A stretch of 26,340 bases of DNA, taken from positions 1-26,340 of the IMG/VR virus record IMGVR_UViG_3300032247_000046; one strand, 5' to 3'. Below are positions 9,441 through 18,860 of this stretch, piece by piece. Each line of letters opens with the position of its first letter. Within the stretch, counting starts at the first letter, position 1. A program made the position numbers and the translations under genes. This DNA comes from a virus (taxonomy: Duplodnaviria; Caudoviricetes). Below the pieces are notes generated by a model. That model did no database searches, had not been told where the DNA came from, and saw only the letters and a list, made by a program, of their open reading frames with translations.

Positions 9441-9959
9441 ATGGCTATTGTTAAAATTGCATTTTATGGACAACCAGAATTTACTGAAGTCCTTAGACAA
9501 ATGCAAGATGATTTTGGAGAGAAAGACCAAAAGAAAATTTTAACAAGTGCTATGAGGTTAGCCATGAAACCTGTATTGGCTAAAGCCAGAAATTTAGTGC
9601 CAAAAGATACAGGAGCATTATCTGCTTCATTGCGTATAGAAGCCAGAAAGCCAACTAAAAGAGATAGAAATTCTGTTTATGTAAGTCCTACTGATACTGT
9701 TATAGGTACAGTTACAACTGCATCTGGCAAACAATTAGCCAAAAAAACTTTTAAAAATATTAGAACAGGTAAGAAACAAAAAGGAATACCAAGTGATGCT
9801 AGGGCTTATGCCAATGAATTTGGTACTCATAAAATGGCAGGTAGACCATTTTTAAGACCTGCTTTAGAAACATCATCATCTGAAATGTTAAATTCATTAA
9901 CAGATTCATTAAAAACTGCAATATTAAAATATCAAGCAAAACAACCCAAAAAAGGATAA
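9441..9959 (+). CDS. HK97 gp10-like tail/neck component
   Basis: 172 aa; 'ARNLVPKDTGALSASL' and 'EFGTHKMAGRPFLRPAL' are typical HK97-gp10 motifs. Confidence 0.88.
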   Translation: MAIVKIAFYGQPEFTEVLRQMQDDFGEKDQKKILTSAMRLAMKPVLAKARNLVPKDTGALSASLRIEARKPTKRDRNSVYVSPTDTVIGTVTTASGKQLAKKTFKNIRTGKKQKGIPSDARAYANEFGTHKMAGRPFLRPALETSSSEMLNSLTDSLKTAILKYQAKQPKKG

Positions 9960-9965
9960 TACAAC

Positions 9966-10454
9966 ATGAGTAACTTTGCAAATGCTTTAGGCAAGAATTT
10001 TGTAGAAAAAAAAGAAGAATTAAGAATAAGAAGTTTTGATATTGGCTCTCATACTTTTAAAGTTAAAGTACCTTTAACAGTTGAATATGAGATTATGCAA
10101 AAAAGAATGAATGATATTCCAGATGAATTGGTAGAAGAAGGTTATAAAGAACTAGCCAGTAAGTTTTTAGAAAACAAAGAAGAATATATTAATAATCCTG
10201 ATTATGTTTATAAAGATAATGATGTTGAAATTGAAGGTAGAAGTTTAAGAGAATCTGCTAAAAATAAAATTATTTTAGAAAAAAGAATAACAGAGATGTT
10301 TAAATTAATAGTGCCAGAAGATGCTACTTTTGACATGGAAACTATTACATATCAAGATATAGAAGAATTTATGCCATTTCCTATACAAATGGAAATGATA
10401 GAAGCCATTAGTAATGCAGTAAGTCCATCATACAAAGGCAATAAGGGAAAATAA
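9966..10454 (+). CDS. Tail assembly chaperone (lambda gpG analogue)
   Basis: 162 aa, acidic; ends in slippery G GGA AAA; upstream of the tape measure gene. Confidence 0.75.
   Translation: MSNFANALGKNFVEKKEELRIRSFDIGSHTFKVKVPLTVEYEIMQKRMNDIPDELVEEGYKELASKFLENKEEYINNPDYVYKDNDVEIEGRSLRESAKNKIILEKRITEMFKLIVPEDATFDMETITYQDIEEFMPFPIQMEMIEAISNAVSPSYKGNKGK
10445..10451 (+). other. Programmed -1 ribosomal frameshift site GGGAAAA
   Basis: X XXY YYZ heptamer directly before the stop; the -1 frame is open (GKIIGSVRRQVKAYLTAHG...) and in frame with ORF 10487-10789. Confidence 0.85.
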
Positions 10455-10789
10455 TAGGGTCTGTTCGTAGACAAGTTAAAGCCTATTTGACTGCTCATGG
10501 GACAGACCCTAATGCCATAGATGAACAAACTTTTACTGATATTTGCATTATGTTTAATGATGGAATTATTGGTAATTTAGGCATACTACAAGTATTAGGA
10601 TTATTGACTGCAGGACAATTTAATAAGGTCTTGCCAACTGGCAAGCCACCATTTAAACTACAAGATATAATTCCAAATGCTTATGATTATTTATATCCAC
10701 CATTAACAGATGAACAGAAAAAGGAGCAGGTTAATAAAAATTTATTAGCCTTTGCAATGATGAATCCAGAAAAACCCAAGGTGAAATAA
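10451..10789 (+). CDS. Tail assembly chaperone C-terminal extension (gpT analogue; ~274-aa fusion by frameshift)
   Basis: Frame open from the slippery site; the annotated TTG at 10487 has no clear RBS; stop overlaps the tape measure ATG. Confidence 0.75.
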   Translation: MIGSVRRQVKAYLTAHGTDPNAIDEQTFTDICIMFNDGIIGNLGILQVLGLLTAGQFNKVLPTGKPPFKLQDIIPNAYDYLYPPLTDEQKKEQVNKNLLAFAMMNPEKPKVK

Positions 10790-12750
10790 TGGCACAAAAT
10801 GTAGCAAGACTAGGTGTTATCTTTGGGATGGATTCTGCTGAATTCGAAACTGGATTAAAAAAAATAGGTAAAGGTCTTGATTCTATTCAAGACAAAATGA
10901 AAATTGCAGGAGCAGTAGCAGTAGCATCATTTACTGCAATGACATATAAAGCCCTAGAATACTCTGATAGAATTTCTGATGTAGCCCAAGCCAATGAAGT
11001 AGCAGTTAAAACTGTGATGGCACTTTCTGAAGGGTTAGCCCAAAATGGTGGTGATGCTGAAAATGCAGGTAAATTACTTGCTAGTTTTACTGCAAAAATA
11101 GATGAAGCATCTCAAGGCAGTAAAGATGCTCAACAAACTTTTGCTAGATTAGGAATATCTTTACAAGATTTAGGCACTAAAGATATGACATCTTTATTTG
11201 ACCAAGCAATCACAAGTTTGGCAGGAATGGATGATGCAGTATCCAGAAATGCAGTTGCTATGAGTATTTTTGGTAAATCTGCTAAAGGTGTTGATTTTGT
11301 AGGTTTAGCAGATGGTGCTATTCATGCAAGAGAAGAATTTGAAGCCTATGCAGAAGCAGTTAAAAAAGCAGGTGATTTACATGATAAGTTAGATGCTAAA
11401 GCAACCAAAACTATGGTCATGTTTACTAATGCTTTTATTCCAACTTTGAATGAAGTTTTTAATGCTCTTAATAAAACTGGTGGAGCAATGGAATCTTTCT
11501 TTAATTTTACAGGAGAAGGATTTAAAAATATTGTAGTAGGTATTGCAGGAGCAGTATCTTATGTAAAAATTTTTGGAATGTCTTTAGTAGCATTAAATAA
11601 ATTACTTTACGATTTTGAACAAGGTAGAGGTTTTAATTTTGAAGAAAGATGGAAAAATTTAGTTAATGATGCAAATGTAGAAATGGGTAAAACCAAAGAA
11701 TTTGCAAATAGAATTTTTTATCCAGAAGTATATGCTCCAAAAGAAGTTAAACCAGAAGAATTTAAAGGTAGACAAGTTACTCCTTATAAAGATACTCAAG
11801 CCATTAATGAAGCCAAAAAAATCAAAGAAGGTTTAGAAATGGCTAAACAGTTGTCTATTGAATACAAAAGACAATTAGATTATTCATATCAGGTTTTAGT
11901 TGCAAAAGGTCAGATGAATTATATGTCTGATAAAGAAAGAACAATAGCAGAAGCAGTTGCATCTGTTACTGATGAAACAAATAAAAAATTAACAGAAATA
12001 CAAAACAAAAAAGAAGAAGCATTAGCCCATGGAGTTGATAAAAAAGTTTTAGATGAAATGGAAAAACAAAAAGAAAAAATAATAGAACTTGGTAAAACTT
12101 ATGAAAATTTAACCAGAATAGAAATAACTTCTCAACAAGAGGCTCAAAGAACTTTTGCTTTTGGATGGAATAAAGCATTTAGACAATCTGCAGAAGATGC
12201 AGAAAATTTTGCAACATTAGGAACAAAAGCATTTGAAACAATGTCTGGAAATATTACTAGTGCTATAGATAATTTTGTAGAAACTGGCAAATTAAGTATG
12301 ACAGATTTTGCAACATCTATTATTAAAGAATTAATAAAAATAGAATTAAAAATGCAAGCAATGGCATTATTTAGAATGGGTATATCTTTTTTTAGTGGTG
12401 CTTTTGCTTCTTCTGCTCCACAAGAATTAGACCCTCAAGCCTATGCAAATCATCCTCTTTTAAATTTACCTGCTAAAGCAGGGGGTGGTGATATTTCTGC
12501 AAATCAACCTTATTTAGTTGGTGAAAAAGGTGCAGAATTAATTATTCCACAAAGAAATGGAACAGTAGTACCAAATAATAGGCTTTCTGATGTAATGGGT
12601 TCTGGTCAAACTATTAATTACAATGCTCCATATATTGCTAATATGTCAGCAATAGATACACAATCAGCAACTCAATTTTTGGCTCAGAATAAACAAACAA
12701 TCTGGGCAGTTAATCAATCAGCATCTAGGTCTATGCCTACTTCGAGGTAA
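10789..12750 (+). CDS. Tail tape measure protein (lambda gpH-like C-terminus)
   Basis: 653 aa, helical, Ala/Lys/Glu-rich; 'IDNFVETGKLSMTDFATSII' and 'AGGG...PYLVGEKGAELIIP'. Confidence 0.92.
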   Translation: MAQNVARLGVIFGMDSAEFETGLKKIGKGLDSIQDKMKIAGAVAVASFTAMTYKALEYSDRISDVAQANEVAVKTVMALSEGLAQNGGDAENAGKLLASFTAKIDEASQGSKDAQQTFARLGISLQDLGTKDMTSLFDQAITSLAGMDDAVSRNAVAMSIFGKSAKGVDFVGLADGAIHAREEFEAYAEAVKKAGDLHDKLDAKATKTMVMFTNAFIPTLNEVFNALNKTGGAMESFFNFTGEGFKNIVVGIAGAVSYVKIFGMSLVALNKLLYDFEQGRGFNFEERWKNLVNDANVEMGKTKEFANRIFYPEVYAPKEVKPEEFKGRQVTPYKDTQAINEAKKIKEGLEMAKQLSIEYKRQLDYSYQVLVAKGQMNYMSDKERTIAEAVASVTDETNKKLTEIQNKKEEALAHGVDKKVLDEMEKQKEKIIELGKTYENLTRIEITSQQEAQRTFAFGWNKAFRQSAEDAENFATLGTKAFETMSGNITSAIDNFVETGKLSMTDFATSIIKELIKIELKMQAMALFRMGISFFSGAFASSAPQELDPQAYANHPLLNLPAKAGGGDISANQPYLVGEKGAELIIPQRNGTVVPNNRLSDVMGSGQTINYNAPYIANMSAIDTQSATQFLAQNKQTIWAVNQSASRSMPTSR

Positions 12751-12752
12751 TT

Positions 12753-13442
12753 ATGAGTTTAAATCAAATATTAGCCCTTAGTGAATCAGTATTAATTAAT
12801 GACCATAGATTTGTAGGGCAAATGCTTAGTAGAAATCAAAGAATATCTACAAGTGAAATACAAACTGTAGTACCCTTTTCTTTTGAAATGAAACCAATGA
12901 ATTATTTGCTTTATAGTCAAAATAGAACATTATTAAATAGTTTGCGTATTCCAGATATGGCTTTGGAACAATATTTAAATTTTGGTACAACTGGATGGGC
13001 TAATTATATTTATTATCAAGGTGATATGATTCAAGGACAAATAGTAGCAAGTCAATGGCAAACATCATCTGCAAATAAAACTTTGGTTCTTGGTTCATTG
13101 CCTAATAATGAAGATATGCCATCTAATTTATATATTGTTAAAGCAGGAGATTTTTGTCAGGTAGGATTATATTCATATATAGCAACTGCAGATGTATTAA
13201 GAGGTACAGGAAGTACAGTTAATATACCTGTGCATAGAAACCTAATAACAACTTTAATAAGTCCTGTAAATGCAGTTTTAGGGCAATATGGGACAACTGT
13301 TAGCATGGGTGGAAATGCTTATACAGGTATTACTTTTCAAGTTATTTTAAGACAATATCCTACTTATACTTTGATGCCTTATGCTGATGATTCATATATA
13401 AATTGGAATGGTACATTTACTGCATTTGAAAGTGTATTATGA
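12753..13442 (+). CDS. Putative distal tail / minor tail protein
   Basis: 229 aa; immediately follows the tape measure; 'KAGDFCQ' motif, ends 'FTAFESVL'; assignment mostly from synteny. Confidence 0.55.
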   Translation: MSLNQILALSESVLINDHRFVGQMLSRNQRISTSEIQTVVPFSFEMKPMNYLLYSQNRTLLNSLRIPDMALEQYLNFGTTGWANYIYYQGDMIQGQIVASQWQTSSANKTLVLGSLPNNEDMPSNLYIVKAGDFCQVGLYSYIATADVLRGTGSTVNIPVHRNLITTLISPVNAVLGQYGTTVSMGGNAYTGITFQVILRQYPTYTLMPYADDSYINWNGTFTAFESVL

Positions 13443-14032
13443 ATGAAATTATACCTGTTCAAAATACTAATAATATTAGAATTGCTGATTTTATTAGAAT
13501 AATAACACCAGATGCAACTTACAGATTTGCTACTACTGCGACTGCATTAACTATTCCTGCTATTGATTCGCAACCATTTACGGCATTAAGTCAATTAGTA
13601 AAAATTGGAGATGCAGTTAGAGATATTAAATCAACTGCTAATGAAACAACTGTTACATTTGTAGGTTTAGATACTGCTTTTTTAGGATGGGTATTAGGAC
13701 AAAATATAAAAGGTTCACAGATACAAATGTGGCATGGATTTTTTAATACAGAAGGTGCATTAATTACTACTGGTGGTTCTGGTGGACTATATCAATTTTT
13801 TAATGGTTATATAAATTCTTATTCCATATCAGAACAATGGATGGAAGAAATTAGAAGTTATGTTGGTAGTGTTTCTATTTCTGCTTCATCTATTCAATTA
13901 ATATTACAAAATAGAACTGCAGGTAGATATACTAATAATAATTCATGGACATTTTTTAATCCTACAGATACCAGTATGAACAGAGTATCATTTATTACAA
14001 ACATTAATTATCAATTTGGTAAAACTGCATGA
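13439..14032 (+). CDS. Putative baseplate hub / minor tail protein
   Basis: 197 aa; synteny; 'GRYTN...FNPTDTSMNRV' C-terminus resembles siphophage hub proteins. Confidence 0.5.
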   Translation: MNEIIPVQNTNNIRIADFIRIITPDATYRFATTATALTIPAIDSQPFTALSQLVKIGDAVRDIKSTANETTVTFVGLDTAFLGWVLGQNIKGSQIQMWHGFFNTEGALITTGGSGGLYQFFNGYINSYSISEQWMEEIRSYVGSVSISASSIQLILQNRTAGRYTNNNSWTFFNPTDTSMNRVSFITNINYQFGKTA

Positions 14033-14472
14033 TAAGAGAAGCAACAAAATATGATAAAAATCAAATAATAGATTTAATTAGATTAATAAGAAATGAAAGT
14101 GAAATACAAGAATTTCAGTTTGAAAATGAAACACAATGGAATATTTTATTAGATACTATATTAGCAGGAGCAGGTGTAATTTATGTTGATGATAAAAATA
14201 AAGTTATTACTGGTTTAATTATGGGATTAATAACACCTAGTATTTGGTGCAATAATAGTTTAATACTACATGAAGTTATGTGGTTTGTTAAAAAAGAATA
14301 TAGAAATTTAACAATAGGATATAGATTATTTAATGCTTATATTAAATATGGAAAAAAGTTAAAAAATGAAAAAAGAATCAAATATTTTGTAATTGGTAAA
14401 TTGCCTACAAGTCCAAATATAAAATATGAAAAATATGGATTTAAAAAAACAGATGAAAGTTATATTCAATAA
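14029..14472 (+). CDS. GNAT-fold (acetyltransferase-like) protein in the tail operon
   Basis: 147 aa; 'MIREATKYD' start, 'WFVKKEYRNLTIGYRLF' motif-A-like, 'YEKYGFKK' motif-B-like. Confidence 0.7.
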   Translation: MIREATKYDKNQIIDLIRLIRNESEIQEFQFENETQWNILLDTILAGAGVIYVDDKNKVITGLIMGLITPSIWCNNSLILHEVMWFVKKEYRNLTIGYRLFNAYIKYGKKLKNEKRIKYFVIGKLPTSPNIKYEKYGFKKTDESYIQ

Positions 14473-17400
14473 TGCGTAAATTTTATAAATCATTGTTAAT
14501 TGCAATAATGTTATTGCCTACTATGGCTTTTGCATTTGGAACAATGATTGCAGTAGGTATTATAGGATTGACTGCAGGAAGTTTTACTGCATTAGCAGTA
14601 GGATTTGCAATTAATATGGTGGTATCTGCAGTTATATCAAAAGCCTTATTTAATCCAAGTCAGCCATCTTATGAAGGTGCAGGTTCTAGTCCAAATTTAG
14701 GCAATAGACAACAAATAGCACCTGCAACTGATAATAAACTTCCAGTAATTTATGGTTCTTCTTATGTTGGTGGACAAGTTACAGATTTAAGCATATCTGA
14801 AAATAATCAAGAATTATATTATGTACTTTCATTGTGTGAAGTAACTGGAACAGAATCAATACAAACTAGAAGCACTTTTACATTTGGAAAAATTTATTGG
14901 GGTGGAAAATTAGTAACTTTTCAAAGTAATGGATATACAGTTGCTTCTTTAACAGATGAATCTACAGGTGTAGTTGATACAACAGTTAATGGATTATTAG
15001 AATTTTATTTATATTCTAATGGTTCATATAGTCCATCAAATTCACCTTATACTGCTATTGAAGTAATGTCTAATCCTGATTTAATTTATCAATGGAATAA
15101 TACTAAATTAATGAGTGATTGTGTATTTGCTATTGTGCATCTTACATATAATCAACCTGCAAATATTACAGGATTACAACAAACTAAATTTCAAGTAAAT
15201 AATAGTTTAAAACAAACAGGTGCAGTTATTTATGATTATTTAATTAATACTAGATATGGTGGAGCAATTCCACAAAATCAAATTGATACTGTTTCATTAA
15301 ATGCTTTGACTACATATTCAGAAGAAGTTATTACTTATATACTTTATAGTGGTGGAATTTCTACACAAAAAAGATTTGAATTTAATGGTCTTATAGAAAC
15401 CAATAGAAACATAATGCAAAATTTACAAGATATGGCATCTTGTTGCGATTGTTTAATTAAATATTCAGAAATGTTTGGTTTATGGGGAGTAATTGTTCAA
15501 TCTCCAACTTATACAGTTGCATTGGCTCTAAATGATTCTAATATTATTTCTGGAATTACAACAACTCCATTAGATATAGCCAATTCATTTAATATTGCAG
15601 AGGTTAAGTTTCCAGATAATACTGCTCAAGATGCTTTTAATACTTCTATTTATGATTTGGCAGAAATAGACCCTGCTTTACTTTATCCAAATGAACCAGT
15701 AAATAAACAATCTATTTCTTTGCCATTGACTAATAATTCTGTAACGGCTCAATTATTAGCCAATAGATTTTTAAAATCAGCCAGAGAAGATTTACAAATA
15801 AGTTTAAGCATTAATTATATTGGTTTGCAATTAGATGCAGGTGATGTAGTTACTGTTACTAATACTAATTATGGATGGAATAATAAATTATTTAGATGTC
15901 AAAAAGTTACACAAACATTTTCAGATAGTGGACAAATAACTGCTAATTTATCTTTATCAGAATTTAATCCTACAGTTTATGATGATGTTTCTATAACTCA
16001 ATTTACTCCTGCTCCTAATACTGGTATTGGTAATCCTACTTTTTTTGGAGTGCCACCTGCTCCTACTATTTCTGGACAACAACCAACTATTACTAATCCA
16101 TCATTTCAAGTAAACATTACTTCAAGTCCTGCAGGTATAACTCAATATGCAGAAGTTTGGTATTCAGCATTTAATAATCCAACTGCAGACCAAAGAATAT
16201 TTGCAGGTACTACAGAAATTCAATCTAATGGAAATCCTTATTCAATTAATACTTCAATGCCACCAGTTACTTTGGCAAATATACCATCTGGTAATTGGTA
16301 TTTCTTTAGTAGAATGGTTAATAGTCTTGCATCTTCTATATTTAGTCCACCATCTGCCTTATTTCAATGGCGACCAAGTACATTCCAATATATAAATAGA
16401 TATTTAGCAGTAGCCTATGGAACATCATTAACAGGAGCAGGGTTTAGTTTTAGTCCAACAAATAAAACTTATTATGGTTTGGCTAATATAAATTCTACAT
16501 CTGCTCCTACATCTGCATCAGATTATACTTGGTATCCTGCTAATCCCAATTTTGGAACAATATCTTTTTTACTTTATTCCAATAGAACTGGTAGAAAATT
16601 TAGTTTTGCTACTGGACAAGCAAATTATGCTTCTGGTTCTGCTTCTTTTGTTCCTACTCAAATTAGCACTTATGACCCATCAATTTGGCTTGGTTTACCA
16701 AATGGTACAAATATTATAGATTTAGATGTTAGAACAGGTCAAGTTATACAGACAGGAACAACTACAGTAGGAACTGGTCAAATTGGGATTACTAATAATC
16801 CAGATGGAACTATTGTTGCAGGTTTACAAGAGTATTTAGATTTTGGTGGTGCATATATTAAAACAGTTAATTTGGCTTCTATTACCATAGATATTTATGG
16901 TCGAGTAGTTGGATTTGAACCACCTGATAATTTTTATTACACAAGACAATCTTTTATTGCAACATCAGGACAAACAGTATTTAATGTTACTAGAAGTAGT
17001 GGTTATATATCAGGACAATGTTTAGTATTTAGTAATGGTCTTATTTACAATACAGACCAATATACTGATACAGGTGGCAGTACTGGAATAGTTACTTTAA
17101 ATGTTGGTGCAGTTGCAGGAGATATTATTACAATTATTTCTGTTAAATCTGTTTCAGCAACATCTATTTTAACTACTGCTTCATCAGGTGATGGAACTAT
17201 AGCAACTTTATCATTTACACCTAAAACATTTGCACCATTTACAGTTGGTCAAAGTATTACTATTACAGATTTAAATCCTGCAGGATATAATGGTACATAT
17301 ACTGTATTAACTTGTACAACTTCTCAAGTTACTTATTTAAATTCAACTACTGGAAGTCAAATAGCATCTGGAACTATAACTTTTACAAATCCTGTATATA

Positions 17401-17837
17401 CTTCATTTACTAGAAATACTGTTAGTTTAACAAATCAATCTATTTATACTGCTTCAGGATTTACTATTAATGATGGGCATGAGTTATTATTTTTAAATGG
17501 AACTGTAGTTAATGCACAAGATTACACTTTAAATGGACAAGAAATTGTATTTATTGGTGCAACAACTGGCAATTTAGAAGTTATACAATGGGCTAATTCA
17601 AATTTAGGTTTACCAGTTGGATTGCCTGTTAATGTGGATATTTATACCAATGTTGGACAAACAACATATCCATTTCAATTTAATCCAAATGCATTTAATA
17701 TATATCAAAATGGTGTAATGTTATTACAAGGAACAGATTTTACAACAGGCACAGGTACTTATACATTAGCAAATTCACCAACAACAAATTTAAATATTTT
17801 AGTACAACAAACATTTACTAGAACAGGAGCAGTATGA
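14472..17837 (+). CDS. Tail tip / host-specificity protein (lambda gpJ-like central fibre)
   Basis: 1121 aa; 'LPVIYG', 'YDYLINTRYGGAI', 'GLQLDAGDVVTVT', FN3-like region, C-terminal beta repeats. Confidence 0.8.
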   Translation: MRKFYKSLLIAIMLLPTMAFAFGTMIAVGIIGLTAGSFTALAVGFAINMVVSAVISKALFNPSQPSYEGAGSSPNLGNRQQIAPATDNKLPVIYGSSYVGGQVTDLSISENNQELYYVLSLCEVTGTESIQTRSTFTFGKIYWGGKLVTFQSNGYTVASLTDESTGVVDTTVNGLLEFYLYSNGSYSPSNSPYTAIEVMSNPDLIYQWNNTKLMSDCVFAIVHLTYNQPANITGLQQTKFQVNNSLKQTGAVIYDYLINTRYGGAIPQNQIDTVSLNALTTYSEEVITYILYSGGISTQKRFEFNGLIETNRNIMQNLQDMASCCDCLIKYSEMFGLWGVIVQSPTYTVALALNDSNIISGITTTPLDIANSFNIAEVKFPDNTAQDAFNTSIYDLAEIDPALLYPNEPVNKQSISLPLTNNSVTAQLLANRFLKSAREDLQISLSINYIGLQLDAGDVVTVTNTNYGWNNKLFRCQKVTQTFSDSGQITANLSLSEFNPTVYDDVSITQFTPAPNTGIGNPTFFGVPPAPTISGQQPTITNPSFQVNITSSPAGITQYAEVWYSAFNNPTADQRIFAGTTEIQSNGNPYSINTSMPPVTLANIPSGNWYFFSRMVNSLASSIFSPPSALFQWRPSTFQYINRYLAVAYGTSLTGAGFSFSPTNKTYYGLANINSTSAPTSASDYTWYPANPNFGTISFLLYSNRTGRKFSFATGQANYASGSASFVPTQISTYDPSIWLGLPNGTNIIDLDVRTGQVIQTGTTTVGTGQIGITNNPDGTIVAGLQEYLDFGGAYIKTVNLASITIDIYGRVVGFEPPDNFYYTRQSFIATSGQTVFNVTRSSGYISGQCLVFSNGLIYNTDQYTDTGGSTGIVTLNVGAVAGDIITIISVKSVSATSILTTASSGDGTIATLSFTPKTFAPFTVGQSITITDLNPAGYNGTYTVLTCTTSQVTYLNSTTGSQIASGTITFTNPVYTSFTRNTVSLTNQSIYTASGFTINDGHELLFLNGTVVNAQDYTLNGQEIVFIGATTGNLEVIQWANSNLGLPVGLPVNVDIYTNVGQTTYPFQFNPNAFNIYQNGVMLLQGTDFTTGTGTYTLANSPTTNLNILVQQTFTRTGAV

Positions 17838-18439
17838 CACAAGCATTTAATTTATCGCAGTTTGCTAATAATGTTAATTCATCAGGGCAAGCATCTAATG
17901 GTGGATTACAAAATTCATCTGTTACTGTAACTGCAGGCACAGGAATGTCAGGGGGTGGTGCAGTAGCATTAGGCTCATCTGTAACTCTAAACAATGCAGG
18001 AGTAACTTCTGTAACTGCAGGAACAGGTATTAGTGTATCTGCATCAACTGGTGGAGTAACTATTTCTTCTACTGGAACTGGAGTAACTTCTATTACTGCA
18101 GGTAATGGTATATCAGTTAATACTAATACTGGTGCAGTTACAGTTACTAATTCATTGTATTCACCAACTGGAAATGGTGTAGGAACTTATGTACTTGGTC
18201 AATTTAATAGACAAGGCAATACTTATATACCTTCTTTTGGTAGTAATTATTCAGTTGGTTCTGGTGGAAATCAAGTTACTGTATTGACATTATATGATAT
18301 TAATGAAGGGGGTAATTATACTGCTTTGGCTAATTGGGGAGCAGGCTATTATTCTGGTAGCATATCTGGAACTTGGAAATGGTTAGGTAATGATGCAGGC
18401 ACTAATTATTCTGGTGCATTAATGGTAAGAATTGCTTAA
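17834..18439 (+). CDS. Short tail fibre / receptor-binding protein
   Basis: 201 aa; three repeats of S[VI]T(VT)AG[TN]G[MI]S...G.VT; C-terminal 'GVGTY...SGTWKWLG...MVRIA' fibre-tip-like domain. Confidence 0.65.
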   Translation: MTQAFNLSQFANNVNSSGQASNGGLQNSSVTVTAGTGMSGGGAVALGSSVTLNNAGVTSVTAGTGISVSASTGGVTISSTGTGVTSITAGNGISVNTNTGAVTVTNSLYSPTGNGVGTYVLGQFNRQGNTYIPSFGSNYSVGSGGNQVTVLTLYDINEGGNYTALANWGAGYYSGSISGTWKWLGNDAGTNYSGALMVRIA

Positions 18440-18449
18440 AAGGAAATAT

Positions 18450-18665
18450 ATGTTGACTATTGAATATGCTAAAAACCCTATTTGGAATAATGCTGACCAT
18501 AATGCTATTTTTTTAATAGTAAAATTTGTAGAAATGGCAGATGAACTTCCTTTTACTGCAACACCTTTTGATGTTGAATCTTATGGTATAGAATTATACA
18601 ATAATGCATTTGCAGGATATTATGGTGAAATAGCATCTTATGTACCACCACCACCTATAGAATAA
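18450..18665 (+). CDS. Putative tail fibre assembly protein (71 aa)
   Basis: ATG 18450 with RBS AGGA at 18441; 'NPIW...ELPFTATPFDVESYG.ELY..A..G.YGEIA' resembles fibre-associated chaperones. Confidence 0.6.
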   Translation: MLTIEYAKNPIWNNADHNAIFLIVKFVEMADELPFTATPFDVESYGIELYNNAFAGYYGEIASYVPPPPIE

Positions 18666-18666
18666 T

Positions 18667-18834
18667 ATGAAATATCGTATATATCCTAATTCAACTCCTG
18701 AATTTAAAATGATTCAAAAAGAAGATGGAACTATGCAAATGATGATTAGGTATATTAATACTTTTGTTGGCTATACTGGTAAATGGATGCCTATGCTAGT
18801 AGAAAAAGAAAATGTTGCAGAAAGTAAATACTAA
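18667..18834 (+). CDS. Small hypothetical protein (55 aa), not in the ORF track
   Basis: MKYRIYPNSTPEFKMIQKEDGTMQMMIRYINTFVGYTGKWMPMLVEKENVAESKY*; starts 1 nt after the upstream stop. Confidence 0.65.
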   Translation: MKYRIYPNSTPEFKMIQKEDGTMQMMIRYINTFVGYTGKWMPMLVEKENVAESKY

Positions 18835-18842
18835 GGTAAAAT
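18815..18842 (+). promoter_or_regulatory. Possible sigma70-like promoter TTGCAG-N16-TAAAAT
   Basis: Partial consensus match leading into one of the few intergenic gaps. Confidence 0.35.
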
Positions 18843-18860
18843 ATTTAAAATAATATAAAA

